64,000 nucleotides of DNA from an uncultured Candidatus Rokubacteria bacterium. GTDB taxonomy: Bacteria; Methylomirabilota; Methylomirabilia; Rokubacteriales; DASRDR01. The notes under the pieces were generated by a model. It did not search any database, had not been told where the DNA came from, and saw only the letters and a list, made by a program, of their open reading frames with translations. Below are positions 10,320 through 22,476 of the stretch, one piece after another; the stretch's first letter is position 1; the number at the start of each line of letters is the position of its first letter. The DNA is taken from positions 448,001 through 512,000 of the forward strand of contig CAVPSB010000018.1 in assembly GCA_963708025.1 (NCBI GenBank). The letters run 5' to 3'. Position numbers and translations under genes: made by a program.

Positions 10320-13300
10320 TCAGGGTGACTTCCCATGGGGCGACTCCAGCGCCGCCTCCGCCTTCTCCAGCCAGAAGCTCATGCCCATCTCGCGGTACAT
10401 CGTGGTCGCGGTGGCCAGGTGCTCCTGCGGCCTTCGCCTGGTCGCCGGTGCGCCGGTAGAGCTTGCCGAGGCCGAGGTGGCAGTGGGCGACGAGCGGGCG
10501 CATCCCGAGCTCGGAGGCCAGGGCCATCGCGGCCCCGTAGTGCGCCTTCGGCCGTCTGCCACGTCCGGGTGGTCAGGATGCGAGGCGATCTCGCCCAGGA
10601 GGCGGAGGGCCCACGCCTCGTAGCCGCGCTCGCCGCGCTCGCGGGTGAGCCCCAGGCCGCGGTCGGCGCAGCGCGCGGGCGTCCTCGAGCTGGTCCGGCG
10701 AGGAGGTACGCCTCGCCGAGCTGCAGACGCTGAGCGAGTGGAAGTATCCGATCCCCGCCGATTCGTGCGCCGTCAGGGCCTGCTCGCAGCGAGCGAGACG
10801 CCCTCCCCGACGCGTCCCGACTGCCGCGTACACGTGACCCAGCGATGCCATGGCGTGGAGCAAAGACCGTGAGGTTCCAATCGCGGTACAGCGCGACCGC
10901 GCGTTCGAGCAGGGGGACGGCCTGGCCGAGCTGCCCCCTGACGCTGTGGAGATACGCGAGCCCCAGCAGCGCCTCGGTGAGGCTGACCGGGTGCTCGGGC
11001 GCTTCCGCGATCCGGAGGCTTCCCGTCCGTGAGCCTCGCCCTCGTCGAACGCCCCACGCTCGGCCAGGGCGCGCACCAGGAAGGCACGAGCCACGACGGC
11101 GGGAGACTGGAGGAGGCCGAACCGCTCACGGGCCGGGTCGCCCTGCAGCAACTCGATCAAGCTCCGGCAGGTGTCTTCGGTCCCGCGATAGTCGCCCGAC
11201 AGGTAGTGGCACGTGGACGACGGTAGTGGCGGGCGGCGACCTGGAGCGGCACATCGCCGAGCGCCTCGCCGATGGCCTCGGCTCGCTGGGCGAACGTGCG
11301 CGCGTCGGTCGTGCGCCCGGTGCCGATCACGTGATAGCCGGCCATGTAGGCCGACCCCCATCCCAGCCGACGCTGATCGTCGAGTGTCGTGGCCAGGGCC
11401 TCCGCTTCCCGGAGATACGCTTCGACCTGGCCGAACTCTGCAGGCGCGACCAGGGCGTTGCGAAGACCGAAGCGGATGTCGATGGCCTGCTCCTGCGTCT
11501 CGCGGGTCTCGGGGAGGTGGGTCAGCGCCGTCAGCGCCTGCTCGAAGTACGCGACCGCGTCGCGGTTGGCCGAGCGGGCGAACGCCTTGGCGCCGGCCTG
11601 GCGGAGGTAGCTGACGGCCTTGTTCCCACGCCTCGGCCCTGGAAGGCATGGTGGGCCAGCCGTTCGACGTGCTCGGCCAGCCGGTCGGGATAGAGCCGCT
11701 CGACCGCCTCCACGATCTGGCCGTGGAGACGCCGCCGCCGGTCCTGGAGCAGACTGCCGTAGGCGACGTCGTGGGTCAGGGCATGCTTGAAGGTGTACTC
11801 GAGGTCCGGGAAGATCCCGGCCTCGTACAGGAACTCGGCGGCCTGCAGGGTCGCGAGCCCGCGCCGCAGCGCGTCCTCGGGGACGTCCGCGATGGCCTGG
11901 AGGAGGGCGAAGGGCACGTCCTTCCCGATGACCGAGGCCGCCTGGAGCAGCCGCCGGGCCTCGGGCGGGAGCCGGTCGATTCGCGCGGCCAGGACGGCCT
12001 CGACCGTCGCCGGCACCTCGATCGTGTCGATCGGCCGGGCCAGGTGATGCGCCCCCCGCTCGCCCCCCAGGGCCCCGGTCTCCGACCAGCGTCTGGACGG
12101 TCTCCTCCAGGAAGAACGGATTCCCCTCGGTCCGCTCGATGAGGAGCGCCGTGAGGCGCTGGAGGCCGGCATCCTCGCCGAGGAGCGCCTGGAGGAGCTC
12201 GCGGGCGCTGTCGGGCGGCAACGGGTCGAGGCGCTGTTGCGTGTAGGACGTCTTGCTGCCCCAGCCGTGCTGGTACTCGGGGCGGTAGTCGACCAGGAGG
12301 CAGAGCCGGGCCGTCGGGAGGCTCTCGACGAGGCTGTCGAGGAGCGCCTGCGTCTCGGAATCGACCCAGTGCAGGTCCTCGACCACGAGCAGGACGGGCT
12401 GGACCCGCGCCTCGCGGAGCCAGAGCCGCTTGATCGCCTCCAGCGTCCGCTGGCGCCGCTGCTTCGGATCCAGCGCCTGCCAGGGACCGTCGTCCACCGG
12501 CACGTCGAGCAGGGCGAGGAGCGCGGGGAGGCTCGGCTCCAGTCCCCGGTCGAGCGCCAGGAGCCTGGCCATCACCTTCTCGCGAATCTGTGGCGGGTCG
12601 TCGCGGTCCTCGACGTGGAAGTAGGCCCTGAGGAGGTCGATCACGGGCAGGTACGGGGTCGCCTGGCCGTACGAGACCGCGGTGCCGTGCCCGATGAGCC
12701 AGCCATGGTCGCGATGCGCCCGCATGACCTCCCAGACCAGCCGCGACTTGCCGACGCCCGGCTCCCCGACGATGGCCACGACCTGGCCGTGGCCGGCGGC
12801 GGCCCGGGCCAGCGCGTGGCGCAGCTGCTCCAGCTCGGGACCCCGCCCGACCAGGGGGGTCATCGGGCCGCGCGGTGCCAGACCCGGGCGCTCGAGCCCT
12901 TCGAGCCGGTAGCTCGGCCCAGCCCGCGAGTCGACGGGGCCGACGGGCACGAGCTCGAACCGCCGCTCGAGGGCCGGCGCGGCGGCGGCGCTCACCAGGA
13001 TCGTGTCCGGCTCGGCGGCCGCCACCAGCCCCTCGAGCGCGGCATACGCCTGGCACTTGGCCTCGGCGTCGATCACGGCGGTCTCCCCCGCTTGGGCCCA
13101 CGAGGCCCGGGCTCGCGTGGATCGCGATTCGCGCGCCGACGCGGTCGGCGGTGGGGGATCGGGTGCGCTCGCTCGCCCGTCCGGATCGCCACGGCGGCGT
13201 GCGCCGCCCGCCGCGGGGCATCCTCGATCGGCTCGAGCCCGAAGACCCCGACCACCCCCAGCGGGCCGAGCTCCTCGACGCGCCCCCCGAAGCTCTCCAC

Positions 13301-14484
13301 CTTCTCGACGAGAACCTCGAGGGCCCGGGCGACGAGGGGCATCACCTCGCGATCCGGCGGAGGCACCAGGACGGCGCGCAGGAACGCGAGCCGGCGCCGT
13401 TCCCAGGCCCGGGTCTCCCGCGCGGACTCGCCGGAGGTGGCGGCGCCGCGGCGGGATCCCGCGGCGACGAGCCCGCCGGCGGCGCCCGCCCGGGCGGGCC
13501 CCGGCGCGCTCCGCCGGAGGCCGAGCTTCTCGATCCGGTACCGGAGGGTGCCCCGCGGGATCTGCAGCCGGGCGGCGGCCCGCGCGATGTTCCAGTCGGT
13601 CTCGTCGAGGGCCTCGACGAGATGCTCCCGCTCGACGGCGCCCATCGCGTCCCTCGAAGGGCCGCGGCCGCGCGCGCGGCTCCGGCGCGGTCCCCGCCGG
13701 CCCCGGCGTCGCGGGGAGTCCCAGGGCCTCCACGGTCACGAGCGGCGTCTCGGTGAGCAGGGCCGCCCGCTCCATGACGTTCGCCAGCTCCCGGATGTTG
13801 CCCGGCCAAGGATACGCGAGGAGCGCCGCCCGCGCGTCGGGGGTGAGCGTCTTGGGAGCCAGACCGTAGTCGGCGCACGCCCGCCCGAGGAAGTGCTGGG
13901 CCAGGAGGAGGATGTCCGACCCTCGCTCGGCGAGCGAGGGGAGCCGCACGGTGACGACGGCGAGCCGGTGATAGAGGTCCTCGCCGGAATCGGCGTCCCC
14001 GCACCGCCTCCAGGAGGTCCTCGCTCGTCGCCGCGGCGATCGCGACGTCGGCCGGCTCGCTCTGCGTGCTGCCGAGCCGCCGCACCGCCCCGTCCTCGAG
14101 GACCTTCAGGAACTTCGCCTGGACGCGCTCCGGCAGCAGGCCGACCTCGTCGAGGAAGAGGATGCCGCCGTGGGCGGTCTGGAAGAGACCCGGCTTGGGC
14201 TGGCGCGCGTCGGTGAAGGCCCCCCGCTCGAAGCCGAACAGCTCGGCCTCGAGCAGGGTCTCCGGGATCGCGGCGCAGTTCACCTCCACGAGCGGCCCCG
14301 CCGCCCGGGGACCGGCCCGGTGAAGGGCTCGGACCAGGAGGCCCTTGCCCGTCCCCGTCTCGCCCAGGATCAGCAGGGCCGGCAGCCGGCGCCCCTCGGC
14401 CCCGTGCGCGAGCAGCCGCCGGACCGTCTCCCGGACGGCCTGGATCTCCGGGCACTCCCCGAGCAGCTCGCTCAGCGGGGTCAT
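10320..14484 (-). CDS. Sigma54-activator AAA+/Fis-HTH fused to degenerate class III cyclase, STAND-like AAA ATPase and TPRs (frameshifted)
   Basis: GETGTGK, VNCAAIP, ELFGFERGAFTDA, LFLDEVG, YPWPGNIREL, WNIARAAARL; then GEPGVGKS, VEDLHWVD, RTEGNPFF, YTFKHALTHDVAY and TPR-like C-terminus LGMRPLVAHCHLGLG. Confidence 0.85.
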
Positions 14485-14588
14485 GCGTCGGCGCTATTCT
14501 ACGCTCGGGCCGGATCTCCGCACGCGCTCGGAGGCGCCCGCCCCCGCCCCGTCCGGGCGCGTCCACGGTCGCGCGGCCGGAGCGTCCG

Positions 14589-15000
14589 TCACGGGCGGCC
14601 CGTCCGGCTACGACGGTCGCGCTCGGAGGACGCGCGGGTTTCCCCGGCCGGTCCCCGAGGTGCGCCGGGTGCCGGCGCGCCCTCGACCGCGAGGCGGACC
14701 ACCGGCGGCAGGGTCTGACGGAGCCGCTCGATGACCTGCCGGGCCACCCCGCCCTCGAGCCGGCCCACGTCCACCCGGACCACCCCGCCCCCCGCCAGCA
14801 GGGGACAGCGCGCCTCGATGGCGATCGTCGCCCCGCACCGCCTCGCCCGTGAGCTGCCGCGCCGCCAGCGCGAGGAGCCGCGCCCGCCGGCGGTCCCGGC
14901 GGTTCAGGAGCGCGATCAGCCCGATCAGCACGGCCAGCGGGCCACCGCCCAGCGCCAGGCTGAGCGCGAAGCTCCCGATCTCCCGGATCACCGCGTCCAT
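14589..15000 (-). CDS. Hypothetical membrane protein (one frameshift)
   Basis: GGAGG RBS, N-terminal TM helix; continues in the frame of ORF 14589..14783. Confidence 0.45.
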
Positions 15001-15882
15001 GACGGCACCTCCATCTGGTCAGGCGTCGCGCTTCGGCGACGCGACCGCGTAACTGCCGAGGATCCCGGCGAGGAGCTGGCGGCCGATCCGGACCAGGGCC
15101 CGATGCCCCCAGGGCGGCCTCGCCCCGCTCCACGCGGTCGGGGAGACTCGCAGCGGATGGCTCGCCGGGCCGCCGCCACGACGCGGGCCTCGGCCAGGAG
15201 CTCTTCGGGTCGCATCTGGTGCGCTTCGACCCAGGGATCCCCGACGCGGAGCTGGCGCATGATCGACCTCCCTGCTCGGTCACGAGATCTCGATCCACGC
15301 CAGGATGCAGGGCAACGGCGATGCCAACGAACGATGGCGTGGAGATTCAGGGACTTGGCGACTCGCTCATCGGCGGGGAGACGGGTTGGCCACTGGCGAA
15401 GGCGGAAATCCGCCACTGGCGAAGGTGATGACCGGGCCTCGCTCGCCGGCGGGGGACGACATGATGCCGCGGCTGGGGCATTGGGCGGCGAGGACCTGGC
15501 GCGCCGCGAGCTGGTCCTCGACCGCGGCGCTTACGCGCAGCCGCCCCCCCGGCAACCCGGTCCGATTGCCGACAAGGGGTGGGGGGAGCCTCAGCCGTGG
15601 TCAGGAGCGAGCTTCGGGGGATCGGAGGCGGGCCCGCTCCTCAGGCGCTGGACGATCTCTGCTCGTACCGTGGTTTCCGGGTCGCGATCCGGTGACACGG
15701 CGACGAGTTGCTCTGGGAGCGGGTCGTCACCGCATGGGCACGCGGCGTCTGTCACCGGATGCCGACGAGGCGACAAACCGCATCAGGACTGTGTTGTCAC
15801 CGCGTCACCGGATCCGATCGCGTGGAACGACCCTCTGCCCCGCGTCTAGCAGGATCGCGAGATTAGGGGTACGGGCGCGACC

Positions 15883-18800
15883 TCAAGGTGAGTCCCCACG
15901 CGGCCGCCCAATGGCCGCCTCCGCCTGCTCCAGCCAGAAGCGTCATGCCCATCTCGCGGTACATCGTTGTCGCGGTGGTCAGGTGGTCGCTGCGCCTCTC
16001 GCGCTGGCCGGTCCGCCGGTAGAGCTTGCCGAGCCCGAGGTGGCAGTGGGCGACCAGGGGGCGCATCCCGAGCTCCTCGATCCTAGCGAGGGCTTGGCGA
16101 TAGTGCGCGTCGGCGGACTCCACGTCAGGAGGGTCGGCCCGGGCGGCGATCTCGGCCAAGAGGCGGAGGGCCCACGCCTCGTTGCCGCGCTCCTTCTGCC
16201 GGTGGGCGAGGTCGAGGGCGCGCCGGGCGACCGCGAGCGCGTCGTCCCGGCGGCCGGCCAGGAGGTGCGCCTCCCCGAGGTAGGCGAGGAACAGCGGATG
16301 GTTGGCGATGCCCGTCACCGCGGGGTCGGCGAGCGCCTCCTCGATGAGGGCCGCGCCCTCGGGGAGGCGCCCCGACAGCGCGTACGCGTACCCGAGATGC
16401 GCGGCCGAGACGTCGAAGAGGGCCCGCACCGGGATGACCCGGCAGAGCTCGACGGCGCGCTCGAGCGGCGGGATGGCCTGCATGAGGTCGCCGCGGCGGA
16501 GAGAGACGAGCCCGAGGCTCCGGTAGGCGACGACGAGGCTGCGAGGATGATCGATCTCGCGGGCGATCCGGCCGGCCTCGTCGGCGCGCGCCATCGCCTC
16601 GGCGAACTCGCCCAGCTCCGCGAGGCACCAGGCGAGCCCGTCCCGCATGAAAACGGATGTCGCAATGTTGGTTTCCAACCGTTCGTACCGCCGATCGCCC
16701 TGAAGCGCCTCGACGGCCCGGCTGAGGCACTCGGCAGCCTGTCGATAGTCGCCAATGGTCTGCCAGACGATCGCCCAGGCGCTGGGTCGCCCACGTCTGG
16801 AGAGAGACGTCATCGCGGCCGGTGGCGAGGACGAAGGCCCGCTGGGCCAGCTCGAGGGCGCGGTCCGGGTCACCTCCATCCAGGTCAGGACCGCGAGCCG
16901 GGCCAGGGCCCGCCCCAGCCGGCCTCCGTCGCCCAGCGTCTCGGCGAGGCGCTCGGCCTCGCGGGCATGCTCGGTGACCTTCGCCCGCCTGCCCATTGCC
17001 CCAGGGCGACGCTGGCGTCGAGGTGGAGGTCGATGGCCTGCTCCGTCCGCGCGCGACTCTCCGGAAGGTGCTGGAGCGCGTCGAGCGCCTGGTCGAAGCC
17101 GGCCGCCGCCTCCCGGTAGGCCGAGCGCTCCATCGCCTTCGCCCCGGCCTGACGGAGATAGGGGACGGCCTTCTCCCACACTTCGCCCCGAAGCGCGTGG
17201 TGAGCCAGGCGCTCGACGTGCTCCGCGAGCCGCTCGGGGTAGCATCGCTCGATGGCCTCGACCGCCCGGGCGTGGAGTCGCGCGCCGGCGGTCCTGCAGG
17301 AGGCTTCCGTAGGCCACCTCGTGGGTGAGCGCGTGCTTGAAGGTGTACTCGACGTCGGGGAACAGGCTCGTCTCGTAGAGGAACTCGGCCGCCTGGAGCC
17401 GGGCCAGGCCATCGGCCAGCGCGTCCGCGGGTCGCTTCGGCGACGCCCGCGAGCACGGCCATCGGGACGTCGGTGCCGACGACCGAGGCGGTCTGGAGCA
17501 GCGCCTTGTCCTCCGGCGGCAGCCGGTCGATGCGCGCCGCCAGGATGGCCTGCACCGTCGCCGGCACGTGGACGGTCTCCCGAGCCTTCACGAGCCGATA
17601 CCCACCGCGCTCGCCTGCGAGCACCCCGTCGTCCACGAGGCTCCGCACGCTCTCCTCGAGGAAGAAGCGGGTTGCCCTCGGTCCGCGCGAGGAGCAGCCG
17701 TTTCAAGGGCTCGAGGCCGGCGTCGCTCCCGAGCAGAGTCTCCAGCAGCACCGCCGCATTCTCCGGCGCGAGCGGGTCCAGCCGGAGCTGACGGTAGTAG
17801 GTCTTCCCGCCCCAGTCGTGCCGGTACTCCGGGCGGTAGTTGACGAGGAGCAGCACCCGGGCCGTCGGCAGACTCTGCGCCTCGGAGAATGGGCGCACCT
17901 CCGAACGCCAGATCACCACAGCGCCGATCGGGATTCCCTCGCGCAGCATCGGCACAGCCAGCACCGTTCGCAGGTGGAGAATCGACTGCGCCGGATTGCG
18001 GTATTGCGGATCCTGCGTGACGTCGGGGATGTGGATGACCTGACCCTCCATCACCGCCCGGCCCACTGCGGACTCCCGCCCCGGCTCTATCACCGCCACT
18101 ACGGACTCCCGCCCCGGCCGTTGCGGAAAGGCCTTCCGGATAGCCTCAACATCCGCCGGTGTGAATCCGAAGGTCGCTTCAAGCGAGAGCAGCTCCCCAT
18201 CGAAGCGCAACAGGTTGCTGCGCGTGGCCCCGCACAGACGAGCCGCGCTCTGGACGATCGTGTCGAAGACTGGCTGGACGTCGGTGGGGGAACTCGAGAT
18301 GACGCGCAGGATCTCACTCGTCGCCGTCTGCTGCTCGAGCGCCTCTGTCAGATCGCGGTTCTTCACTTCGAGTTCCTTGAACAGACGGACGTTCTCGATG
18401 GCGATCACGGCCTGATCCGCGAACGTTTGGAGAAGTGCGATCTGCTTGTCCGCGAAGGGCCGGACCTCGTGGCGTCGAATGGTGATCACGCCGATCGCCA
18501 CCCCCTCGCGGAGCAGCGGCACTGCCAGCATTGTGCGGACGCCTCTTTCCAAAGCGAACTGGGGCATGCCTGGAAAGTCATCTCGAGCGGCGACCACGAT
18601 GTCGTGGATGTGGATGGGTACAGCGTCAAGCACGGCACGACCGCTCGGCACATCGCGTCGAATCCGAACATTGTCATCCCACGCCGGCCCGTGGACAGCC
18701 ATAGTCTGAAGGAACTCTCCGTGAACACGCCGCACGGCAGCATCGGTCGCGCCGCACAGCCGGGCGGCGCTTTCAGCTATCGTGTCGAAGACCGGTTGGA

Positions 18801-21156
18801 GATCGGTCGGCGAGCTCGCGATCACTCGCAGAATCTCGCCCGTGGCGGTCTGCTGGTCGAGCGCCTCTTTCGTCTCGTTGAATAGCCGGACGTTCTCGAT
18901 CGCGATCACGGCCTGGTCGGCAAACGTCTTGAGCAGCCGTATCTGATCATCCGAGAATGGACCCACCCGCGCGCGCGACACTGCGATTGCTCCGATGGGG
19001 CGCCCCTCTCGCAGTAAGGGTACCGCCACGAGGCTTTGGCCCCCGGTACGGGATACGTATTCCTGGTCGTAGTCCGGATCCTGCCGCGTGTCGGGGATAT
19101 GGACAATCGCGCGGTCCACGATCGCTCGGGGCAGCGCGAAGGCTCGGGAGAGTCGCATAGGGTACCGCGGCGCAAGGACCTTCAGCCGGTCAGGAGCGAT
19201 GTCGTAGGCGGCGACAAGGTGAGCCAGCTCCCCGTCCAAACGGATGACAGCACCCGCGTCTCCCTCGCACAGCTGGACCGCACTCCGTGCGATGGTGTCG
19301 AACACGGGTTGGACATCGGTCGGGGAGCTACTGATTACTCGAAGGATCTCCGCCGTCGCCGTCTGCTGCTCGAGCGACTCGGTCAGCTCAGCGTTCCGCG
19401 CCTGCAGCTCGTGGAACAGCCGGACGTTCTCGATGGCGATGACCGCTTGGTTGGCAAAGGTCTCTAGGAGTTCGATCTGCCTCGCCGAGAAGGGCCGAGC
19501 GTCCGCCCGGCGGATCAGGATGGCGCCCAGAGGCACGCCCTCGCGGAGGAGCGGCGTGGCCAGAAGCGTCCGGATCCTTATCGACGTGCCCTCGGATGCG
19601 AGTGCCCGCGTTTCCGGGAACTCCGTCTCGGGCAACGCCAGGAGGTCTTCGACGTGAATCGTCCGTCGCTCTAGCACGGCCCGGCCCGTCACATGCCCAC
19701 GCCTGGCAGGGACTATGTCCCCGATACTCAGAGGCCTCGGCAGCACTCCGTGCTGAGCGACGAATCGCAAGACTTCCCCATCGAAACGAAAGATGGCCGA
19801 ATCGATGGCACCGCAGACCCGCGCGGCGTTCTCGGCTACCGTGTCCATGACCGGCTGGAGATCGGTCGGCGAGCTCGCGATCACCCGCAGGATTTCGCCC
19901 GTCGCGGTCTGCTGATCCAGCGCCTCGGTCACCTGCGCGTGTGCTTGTGTGAGGGCACGGTTCTTCTCTTGGAGTTCCGTGAACAGCCTCACGTTCTCGA
20001 TCGCAATCACCGCCTGGTTCGCGAACGTCTCGAGCAGCGCGATTTGCTCGTCGGAGAATGGCGTCGGCTCGGCCCGCGACACGCTCACCGCCCCGATAGC
20101 ACGGCCCTCCTGGAGCATCGGCGCCACCAGGATGCTCCGATACCCGAGGGCTCGCCCTCGAGCGCGGGACCACTCGGACATCGTCGGATCGGTCTCGACG
20201 TCGAGAACGTGGACGATTCGGCCGCCCTCCGAGATTGCTCGGTCGATCAGGCTTTCCAGGGTGCCCAGGCGTCGGGGATACGCACGGTGAAGCCGCTCGA
20301 GGGCGTCCGGCGTCGTGTGGTTGGTCGCCACCAGATGGAGCATCTCACCGTCATAACGCGCGACGGTACTGTAGAGACCCGAGCAGAGGCGCACGGCGCT
20401 GGCCGCGATCGCGTCGAAGACGGGCTGGAGGTCGGTCGGCGAGCTCGCGATCACCCGCAGGATCTCGGCCGTGGCGATCTGTTGCTCGAGCGCCTCTTTC
20501 GTCTCGTTGAACAGGCGGACGTTCTCGATGGCGATGACCGCCTGGTTGGCGAAGGTCTCGACTAGCTCGATCTGCTTGTCGGTGAAGGGCTGCGGCACGG
20601 TTTTCGCGACGAAGATCACGCCGACGACTCTACCCTCGCGCAAGAGCGGGGCGCCGAGCGCGGCCCGCCAGTCGCCAATGTCCTGAGCGCCACTCCAGGC
20701 ATAGTCCGTCTCGGCCAGCACATCGGCCACCTGAACAACTCTGGCCTCCAGCGCGGCTCGCCCGGTGATGCTGCCATGATTCACCGGGACCGGGCGGCTC
20801 TTGAAATAGTCCCTGATTCGTGCGTGCACCTCGGTCGCAAGACCGAAACTGGCGGCGTAGCGGAAGATTTCGCCCTCGCGCTGGAACAGCAAGGCATGAT
20901 CGGCATCGCAAAGCCGGACGGCCGACTCGCAGAGTGCGTCGAGCACGGTCTGCAGGTCGAACGCCGAGCGGCTGATGACCTTTAGCACATCGGCGGTGGC
21001 GGTCTGCTGCTGCAGCGCCTCGGTCAGGGCGTGCTGAAGGTCTTCATATGACTGTCCTCGGGGGCCGGTCTCGCGCGTAGGCGTAAAAGGCGTACCACAT
21101 TCAAGACAGAACTTGGCGTGCGAGGGGTTGTCCTGATGGCACCGGACACACTTCAT
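15883..21156 (-). CDS. Zinc ribbon + six GAF domains fused to a truncated AAA-ATPase/TPR module (internal deletion, frameshifts)
   Basis: CVRC...FCLECG; six QQ(T/I)AT...IAIENVRLF-type GAF units, the sixth cut at RPFSEAQ and joined to SLPTARVLLLVNYRPEY; TPR tail similar to the 10320-14484 gene. Confidence 0.85.
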
Positions 21157-21213
21157 ACCGCGGCCTCCAACTGGGGCAGCCGGACCGGTCTCCGACGCAG
21201 AACGAATGGGGGG

Positions 21214-21242
21214 AGCTTAGCCGGTGGTTCCCCCGGGGTCAA
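21214..21242 (-). promoter_or_regulatory. Sigma70-like promoter for the GAF gene
   Basis: Minus strand TTGACC-N17-TAAGCT, ~60 nt upstream of ATG 21156. Confidence 0.55.
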
Positions 21243-21423
21243 GGATCGCCGATTCGGCGCGGAACCGTAGTCTAACCCGCACGTGCGCCGGCGGAGCGAG
21301 CAACGCGAGCCCGCCGCCCGCTGAAGCGTGATGATTCTCATTCAGGCCTCCTCCCTGCCACCGGCAGGGTAAGGTGATTGCGGCCAAACAACACCCGCCC
21401 CACCGGGGCAAGGAGGAGACCGG

Positions 21424-22476
21424 ATGAGATTCTACACAACGCAGCACCGATACTACTGCGGCATCGATCTGCACGCCCGACACGATGTACGTCTGCGTCC
21501 TCGACGCCGAGGGCAAGGTGCGCGTCCACCGCAACGGCCCGGCCAGCCCGGAGCACTTCCTGGCCACGATCGCGCCGTACCGCGAGGATCGTCGTCGTGG
21601 CCGTCGAGTGCATCTTCACCTGGTACTGGCTCGCCGATCTCTGCGCCCAGGAGGGCATCCCCTTCGTCCTCGGCCACGCCCTCTACATGAAGGCCATCCA
21701 CGGCGGCAAGGCCAAGAACGACAAGATCGACTGCCCACAAGATCGCCGTGCTGCTCCGCGGCGGCATGATCCCCATGGCCTACGTCTACCCGCGCGAGAT
21801 GCGGGCCACCCGCGATCTGCTGCGCCGGCGCTGCCACCTCATGCGCAAGCGCGCCGAGCTCCTCGCCCACATCCAGAACACCACCAGCCAGTACAACCTG
21901 CCCGCGCTTCGGCAAGAAGATCGCCTACAAGGCCAACCGCGACCGGCGTGGCCGAGCACTTCCCCGATCCCGAGGTCCGCAAGAGCATCGAGACGAACCT
22001 CGCCCTGCTCGATCACTACGATCGGCTGCTCACCGACCTCGAGCTGCACCTCACCCGCACCGCCAAGGTGCCACGACCCCAACGCCTTCTACCGCCTGCG
22101 CTCGGTGCCCGGGATCGGCAAGATCCTGGCCCTGGTGATCCTCTACGAGATCCACGACATCGACCGCTTCCCCCGCGTCCAGGACTTCGTCTCCTACTGC
22201 CGCCTGGTCAAGTGCGCCAAGGAGTCCGCCGGCAAGCACTACGGGTACTCGGGCAAGAAGATCGGCAACGCCCATCTCAAGTGGGCCTTCTCCGAGGCCG
22301 CCGTCCTCTTCTTGCGCAAGAACCCCGCGGGCCAGCACTACGTCGCGACGCCTCGCGCCAGCAAGCACGGCAAGGCCAAGGCGCTCACCATCCTGGCCCA
22401 CAAGCTGGGCGCGGGCCGTCTACTACATGCTCCACGCGCCAGCAGGCCTTCGATCCGAAGACGTTCTTTGGCCTGA
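21424..22476 (+). CDS. IS110 DEDD recombinase/transposase (frameshifted)
   Basis: YCGIDLH, VAVEC, KAKNDKID, RSVPGIGKILA, ESAGK, GNAHLKWAFSEAA, AHKL. Confidence 0.92.
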
